Shown piece after piece: positions 57,886 to 64,000 of a stretch of 64,000 bases of DNA. Each line of letters starts with the position of its first letter. Position 1 is the stretch's first letter. Origin of the DNA: Podarcis erhardii (lineage: Eukaryota); the NCBI GenBank assembly GCA_964252035.1, contig OZ176206.1; one strand, 5' to 3'. Below the pieces are notes generated by a model. It was not told the origin of the DNA. It did no database searches and saw only the letters and a program-made list of their open reading frames with translations. The position numbers and the translations under genes are program-made.

Positions 57886-58695
57886 GTAGAGTATGGCTTA
57901 CATGGGCCAGTCCCTGTTGCAAAAGGAGGAGCCCCCTTGGCTTCCTTTTCCCCTCTCTTAATGCTTTCCTTGTTATAACAGCGCTTGATAACACCTCTTT
58001 CCATGCTAGGGCTGCTGCTGTGTTGCTCATGGGGCTTCTAACTCTGGTTTCTTAAAGACAAAAAGATTTGTTCTTCGAAATACTCTTTCAAAACCAACAG
58101 AACTTTAACACACAGTTTGCAGCCAGTTTGTGTTGAAACAACAAACATTTTCCCAGGAGTTCAAAGTGAGAAAATCTTTCAAGTTTTGGGCTGTTTTAGA
58201 ACATTAAATGAAAGAGATATGATAGAGGAGGATATCACTTAAAAGTCAGGAGTCATGAATAAAACAGCCGAGTTAACACTTTGAAAATCAGTGCCTGTGC
58301 CTGTATAGAAACCCCTCAATTTGTCATCCCACATACGATGCAGGTGAGAATGTTGGGAGGGGAGAAGCTTCTTAGAAACATCTGCCTGGCTGCTCTTGGA
58401 GGTAGGAGGCTGGGTTAGATGGACATCCTTTTCCCTCCCTCCCTCCCTCCCACCAGGGCAGTTCTTACAGTCATGGGAATGTAAGTCCCAACCAAACAGG
58501 AGGATTTGGGGTGGTATTAATGATGGGCTATCAGGTTGGTGTCCATATAAGTTGCTCAGACCTGAAATGATTGTTGCTTCAGTTTGCTTTTCTCCAACTG
58601 GGTGCCCTCCAGATGTCTTAGATGACACACTGTGCTGGTGATCAGAGTCATACTCCAAAATATTTGGAAGGCAACAAGTTGGTGAAGCTGTTTTC

Positions 58696-58855
58696 GGAAC
58701 ATAGGATGCTGCCTGAGTCCATCTAGCCCAGTGTTGTCAACACAGGCTGGCAGCAGCTCTCCAGAGTCTCTGGCAGGAGTCTTTCCCAGGCCTACCTGGA
58801 GCCTTTTTTGGGGCCTGGGCCTGGGACCTTCTGCATGTGCAAAGCATGTGCTTTA
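58696..58855 (-). mobile_element. tRNA-Ala-derived SINE (family B)
   Basis: ggaacatagg tail, ggcagcagctctccag...cctacctggag...gggaccttctgcatg. Confidence 0.75.
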
Positions 58856-59754
58856 GATTAAGCATTTCCCTGCTTTGCGCCACTAGAAAGGCAGAGACAG
58901 TTGGTGCACCAGCAATGGACTCCCTCTTCACATCTAGTGCTTGGAAACTGGAGTTGGGAGGATGCTTTTTCCTCCAGTTTTTCCTCCCACTGAAATAGTA
59001 GCTGGCATCCTGCTCTGCACCTGCTTTAAAGAGGCTGATGGGAGCTGCAGCTGTGGTGTCCAAAATGAGCAGGATTCCACCCACTCCAGTACCGAGCTGC
59101 TCTCTGTCCTGCTTCTTCCATGGGGCACAAGTAGAACAGTTCAGGGCCAAGTGGTTCCCCTGCTCTTTCTAGACAGGGGTGTGATGACTTGGACTAAACC
59201 TCACCAAAGGTGCCTTCTTGCTGCTCATGCTCAAGTGCTCAGGAGCTTCTTTTCTGCCCTTTTTAGAGACGGCAAGGACAGGGGTCCAATTAATGAGCCT
59301 GCCATCCAGCACTGGGTGGTAAAGAGGACTAATAGCAGCGAATGGCCTTCTTGGTGTGTCTTGTCTGTCTGCTTCTCTTCTTGGCCCACAGCACCTTAAA
59401 GGTCATAAGGAACATGGGGTGGGTGGGCAGGCAGCCTTGTAAATGTGTTCATGTCCACTAGCAGAAAGCAAAATGGGCAGGTGAAGAGCTGGATGTCCAC
59501 AGAAGTTCCCAAGTGGGACTTCTTGGCTACAGCAGCCACAATTCAGTCTTTCTGGGTTCTTGTTTATTAACTGTTGAGCCCCTCTGTGATTCATGGGGAG
59601 GGGACAGCAGGGCTTGATGCTCCTTCATTCCTTGTTGACCTTTAAGATGCAGTGGGGGCTGCAGTCTGGCTGCTGGAGTGCAGGGATCCTCTCAACCAGC
59701 ACCTGTTTAGGAAGCAAATGATGACTGTTGAGATAAACGTCTCTTTCTCCCAAG

Positions 59755-59878
59755 GTTGTTCCCTCTTCAAGCAGCAAGCTGAAGCGACCCACTTTCCACT
59801 CCAGCCGGACTTCTCTCGCTGGTGACACCAGTAACAGCTCCTCGCCAGTGTCTTCAGGTGCCAAAACTAGTCGGGCTG
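59755..59878 (+). CDS. MACF1: MACF1 penultimate coding exon (VVPSSSSKLKRPTFHSSR...KTSRA)
   Basis: cccaag acceptor, G|GTAAGT; 124 nt, phase 0-1. Confidence 0.93.
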
Positions 59879-60857
59879 GTAAGTGCCTTTCTGGAAGTGA
59901 CAAAGTCCCTGCTTGTATGCTGCATGTATTGCCTTTTCATTCTTTCTTTTGTAAATCACTTCGGGGCTTCCTTTGGTTGTGGGAAACAATGAACAAATTC
60001 AGTAAACTGAACAGGTCAACACAGGAGTGGGACTTGGGTCAAGGTGCTCTGAGTTTCAGCCTCTACTTCTGTTAGGTGGGATGAGTAATTCCAGCCTCCC
60101 TGATGAAGCTTACTTCCAGCGGGGGTGGGCTGGGGGCTCCTGCTGCTAACAGTCTTCACTCTGCCCTTGTAAGCCTCAAGTGTACTTGCAGCTGGTTTTC
60201 TGTGCTCTTAAGAGCATGACCATTTCTCTGTGTGCACCAGTCAACGGGTCAGAGCTATTGCAGGTGGCGCCAACTGGAAGTTCAGCACACTTTCACTATA
60301 GCCAATTCCATTTATGCAAAGTTTTATTATTTTAGCCCGCAACCCTGCCCCCACATAGCTGTGCATAAGCCCTATTGCACTCAGTGGGACTTCTGAGTAG
60401 AAATATATACAGGATACGCAGGAGCTTTTTGTTGAGAAATTAATAGCAAGTGAAAGCCGCCATGCTTCAGTGATTCCTCCAAGACATAAGGAAGCCCACA
60501 CATGACCCCGCCTGGCCACAAAGTGGAATGAAGCACTGATGATAATACAGCAACATCAGCTGACTGTCACCCCCACTGGCTGCGAGGCAGTTCCAGAGCA
60601 AGGGGTATCTCTAGAGAGTGTAGTACACTGAAATAGGTTCAGCTATGTTGTGGGGAGGGCCTGACTGCTCAGGCATCAACTGCTTGTGGTAGGTGTGAGA
60701 GCCGCCATTCTAGCACACACAGAGGATGTCTAAAGGGAAGGTGGCATCTAGCTGGAAAACAAGATGGGGGCTGCCCTCGAGGGACGGAGGAATAGCATGT
60801 TGTAAGGCCTTCCTGGGCTTCCATGGTGGTGATGGACACATCTGTTTTACTTTTCAG

Positions 60858-61114
60858 ATCCTAAGAAAACAAGCAGTCGCCCTCAGAGCCGGGCAGGGAG
60901 CCGTGCCGGCAGCCGCGCCAGCAGCCGGCGGGGCAGCGACGCATCTGACTTTGACCTCCTAGAGACACAGTCAGCCTGCTCAGACACTTCCGAAAGCAGC
61001 GCAACGGGGGGGCAGGGCAGCTCCCGACGGGGCATGGCAAAGCCCTCCAAAATCCCCACCATGTCTAAGAAAGCGACCACAGCCACCCCCAAGACGCCAG
61101 GCCCCAAGAGATAA
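60858..61114 (+). CDS. MACF1: MACF1 terminal coding exon: GSR repeats, SKIP motif (61046-61057), stop
   Basis: ttttcag acceptor; [33 protein letters not shown]...[11 protein letters not shown]...PGPKR*; TAA TAA TAA 61112-61120. Confidence 0.96.
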
Positions 61115-61624
61115 TAATAAGACCCCATGCACACATCTACACATACACACACACAAAAAAAAAAACCTGTGTCCATTTTTTAACCCTGCTTCATACATTG
61201 GATGTATATTTATTCTACATGGGAGAAATTATATTGTTAAAAATGTAAAAGATTAATTGTGTTATGAAGCTGCCTTATTTTGTTCTGTTAATTTTCTTTT
61301 TTTGTAAGTTACTATTTTCATGTGAATATTTATGTAGATAAAACTTGCCTTCTGGTGACCTCCTTAGCGCTGGGAGGGCCCAGGGAAAAAAAATGAAATG
61401 TGGGAGAGAATAGAAGCAAGCAAAAGGTCAAGATGTGAAAATGTAAAAACAAAAAGTTAAAAAAAATTATATAAATAGGATTTCTGTGCAGTGCAGGAAG
61501 TGATCCTGCTTTATCGTTTAGGATTATTTCCTAAATGCATCTTTATAAAAACTTAACTTGCTGTCTCAGCAAGGTAAATTATATTTAAAAGCAACACCTG
61601 AATATCCAGCAGTGTTCAAGGAAT

Positions 61625-61626
<2 letters not shown>

Positions 61627-61677
<51 letters not shown>

Positions 61678-61692
61678 TTTTTTTTTTTTTTT
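61627..61692 (+). repeat. (CT)n plus poly-T tract in 3' UTR
   Basis: CT dinucleotide run followed by about 25 T. Confidence 0.95.
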
Positions 61693-61816
61693 GTAAATCA
61701 TGGATACCTCAAAAAGAGAGAAATGTGAGGTGAATGGGATCTGGGGCTTCTGTTTCCAGTTTTTAAAAGAAATCATTGTGGTTTTACCTGAAGATAAAGT
61801 GGAGTAAGTTTGAACT

Positions 61817-61822
61817 AATAAA
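61817..61822 (+). terminator. Proximal polyadenylation signal AATAAA
   Basis: First AATAAA I found after the stop codon, overlapping ATTAAA. Confidence 0.6.
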
Positions 61823-62613
61823 TTAAAAAAAAATTGCACACACGCTACATACAAGTAAAGATGTTCACTAAAATGCTGTATTTAGCGAAATGAAAGTACT
61901 GTCAGCCGCTGAGCTTTTAAAGAACTAATACTATGTTTTCAATATTTTACACTTGAAGCTCTCCAGTAGCATCATACCTGTGTGGACGATGCCTGGGGTT
62001 GGGGCACACACAGCAAAACCTTTGAGCAGTGGAGCCAAAGAGGGGAGTTCCCACAAAATTTGGTTCTTCTCTCACATTGCTGTTAAAACAAAAAAAACTG
62101 ACTTCACTTTTTAGTTCACGAACTGCTATTTAACTGCATTGTTTCCTATTTATTGTCTCAACTGGTTAATGCCACTTCTGACCATACTGACGTCCAAGAG
62201 GCCCCTCCACACTCCAGGGGAGAAGACGACGACAGAGCTGCCTTCAACACGCACAGGAGCTTGTTCTTGGGAATTTTAAAGCGCATCACCAGCAGCCCCA
62301 CTTGTGCGCCGCCCCCTCTGCCCCCCAGCTCGCTTTTATATGATCATTTTTTCCATTGTGGAGGGGAGAAGAAGGGGAGGGATGTTTTAAAAAGTAAAGC
62401 CAACTTTGGGACAGTAAAGAAGGGGGAGGGGCAGGGAGTTGGGGGCTACTTGGTCTTCCTGTATTTATTAACTTTTGCTCTTTCCCCTGCTCTGACTGAC
62501 CATATTGCTGTGTGATTCTCTCAGTTGGTTTAATTGAGCCAGAACCTGAAGCTCTACCAATGAATTGTTTAAAAAAAGAAGACACTTTTTGTATTAAAAT
62601 TGCTTGCAGTAAT

Positions 62614-62619
62614 AATAAA
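62614..62619 (+). terminator. Candidate distal polyadenylation signal AATAAA
   Basis: Preceded by TGTA and ATTAAA (62593-62598), followed by a U-rich tract. Confidence 0.45.
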
Positions 62620-62759
62620 AAGAAACTTGCCTCTTTTTTATTCCATGGAAGAAGCCACTGGATTAGCATTAAGAGTACAGGTGTGTCTTCCCAGCCAATC
62701 ACTTCTCCTCTGGCACAGAATAGAGCTGCCTGTTTTCTCTGTGATTATTTGTTCGAATG

Positions 62760-63035
62760 CAGTGGTTCCAAAACTCTTTTTGAGCCTCCACTTCTGTAAG
62801 ATCATGCCCTATAAAAAACATTCAGAATGACCCACTATGGAAGACAACAAAATTCAAAACAGTGACAATTAATTGCACATTTATTCAAAATTCAATTAAA
62901 ACTATTTAGCTTAATTCAACAAAATTGATGAACTTCCAGTGGTATCAGCTTTCCAAACCCTTGCCTCTTACCAATCCCCTAGGTAATCCCACTGCCTCCC
63001 AGGGGGCAGTACCCCACCCCATTTGGGAACCACTT
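62760..63035. mobile_element. hAT/Charlie-type MITE, degenerate
   Basis: Ends CAGTGGTTCCAAAAC and TTTGGGAACCACT resemble Charlie-type TIRs; no 8-bp TSD preserved. Confidence 0.6.
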
Positions 63036-63489
63036 CCAAACCATAGAAACCAACAGATGTGTACCAGACAACCACAAATTATGGGCAAGTTAACCAGTCC
63101 ACTGTCTCCTAAAGGGTCTCTGCAGTAAGAGAGACCAACTCACCATGCTCCTGGCTGTTGCGCTTCTAAAGGGATGATGTTCCATCTGCTTTGCCCTTTC
63201 AAAGCACAGGAGGGCAACTTGCAGCAGCGTTTGTTTTTGCTTTGTTATGTTGTGCAGTTGGGAAAATGGGGAAACTGGACATGTTAGGTAAATGTGTGTA
63301 TGAAGCACTTAAATGACAGGCAGCATCAAGGACGTGTACAAATGATAAAAGGATAAAATGTGCTCATTTCCATACTTAAGACTGCCGAAACTATATTGGG
63401 AGCCTGTGCAAAGCCCACAAGCAGGACAGGAACACAAGAGAACTCTTCGTGGTTTCCAGCAACTAGTATTCTGAAATATTACTGCCTCT

Positions 63490-63740
63490 TACCATGGAGG
63501 CAGAGCATTGTTGCAGTTGATAGGCTTGTCTATTAACTTGTCCAGTCATCTTTTAAAGCCATCCATGTTGATTGACATCGCTGCCCCCTGTAGGAGTGAG
63601 TTCCATAGTTTAACTATGCATTATGTGAAGAAAGATTTTCTTTTTGTCTGTCCCAAACATTCCAACATTCAGCTTCATTAGATGTCCAAAAGTTCCAGTG
63701 TCATGAGAAGGGAGAAAAATATTCCACTTTCTCTATTATA
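63490..63740 (-). mobile_element. CR1 LINE 3' fragment
   Basis: Reverse strand follows the CR1 ORF2 C-terminus (FSLL...TRGH.MKLN...DKKK.FFT..IVKLWNS...MDGFKR..DK), degenerate. Confidence 0.8.
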
Positions 63741-64000
63741 CTGCAGCCAATACAAAACACCTTCTCTGTGGTCCCACTAAGCCAATGGTGCCATGTTGTA
63801 ATGGATGTAAAGATGAAAGTTTGCTGTTTCCACAGATAATTGGGCCCTGCTTTTTTCTTTTTGAGCAAAGCATTTGCATTTATGAACTTGAAATTGGCAA
63901 CATGGGGTTTGGCAGTAATTATGTAGGCAATGATTATAGCAATATTCTTGTAATTTGGCAACCCTGCAAGTAAGTTGACACTGCCCTCCAGAGCTATGGA

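Noticed and set aside
59715-59745. C-box-like ATGATGA suggesting an intronic snoRNA
   Set aside because: Lies in the branch/acceptor region 35 nt from the exon, with no terminal stem or properly placed D box.
13884-60857. U12-type introns
   Set aside because: No donor among the exons called matches GTATCCTT/ATATCCTT.
13722-61114. Assignment to dystonin (DST/BPAG1)
   Set aside because: Residues such as [21 protein letters not shown] and the PGPKR terminus match recalled MACF1, not DST; the KIAA0754-like nested exon also fits MACF1.
61668-61692. Poly-T run as tail of an antisense retrocopy
   Set aside because: Continuous with a (CT)n microsatellite, no TSD and no adjacent processed-gene sequence.
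62153-62515. 120-aa ORF downstream of MACF1
   Set aside because: TTG start, no domain, no clear splice context; more likely 3' UTR or flank.
1-64000. Prokaryotic-type systems (CRISPR array, operon, autonomous transposase or intact retroelement)
   Set aside because: No regularly spaced repeat-spacer array and no long non-MACF1 ORF; all LINE pieces are truncated or frameshifted.

Overview
Vertebrate genomic DNA, most likely a squamate (probably lacertid lizard; inferred from the SINE/MITE/CR1/L2 repeat complement). The + strand carries the 3' part of the spectraplakin gene MACF1 (ACF7). I could join 40 core coding exons from 13722 to the stop at 61112-61114 with consistent GT-AG phases (2214 aa): spectrin repeats, two EF-hands, the zinc-binding GAR domain, GSR repeats and the SKIP EB-binding motif. 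Four frame-preserving optional exons (9, 18, 69, 111 nt) are also present. Upstream, inside what must be a MACF1 intron, lie a CpG island (~700-2290) and a 1121-codon uninterrupted KIAA0754-like ORF (2604-5969). That ORF has an in-frame phase-0 donor at 5924/5925 that could join it to the spectrin exons, giving a ~3321-3390 aa isoform with no actin-binding or plakin domain and a possible N-myristoylation start. Introns contain tRNA- and 5S-derived SINEs, CR1 and L2 fragments, TA-flanked Tc1/mariner-type MITEs and about 15 copies of a fold-back element. I cannot demonstrate a wholly new biological system. The best leads are the KIAA0754-fused isoform, a candidate extra 102-nt in-frame exon at 57487-57588, long AG-exclusion zones marking the regulated C-terminal exons, a near-perfect 87-nt intronic hairpin and a CTCF-like motif inside an inverted repeat. 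Orthology statements rest on recalled protein sequences, not database searches; repeat boundaries are approximate.
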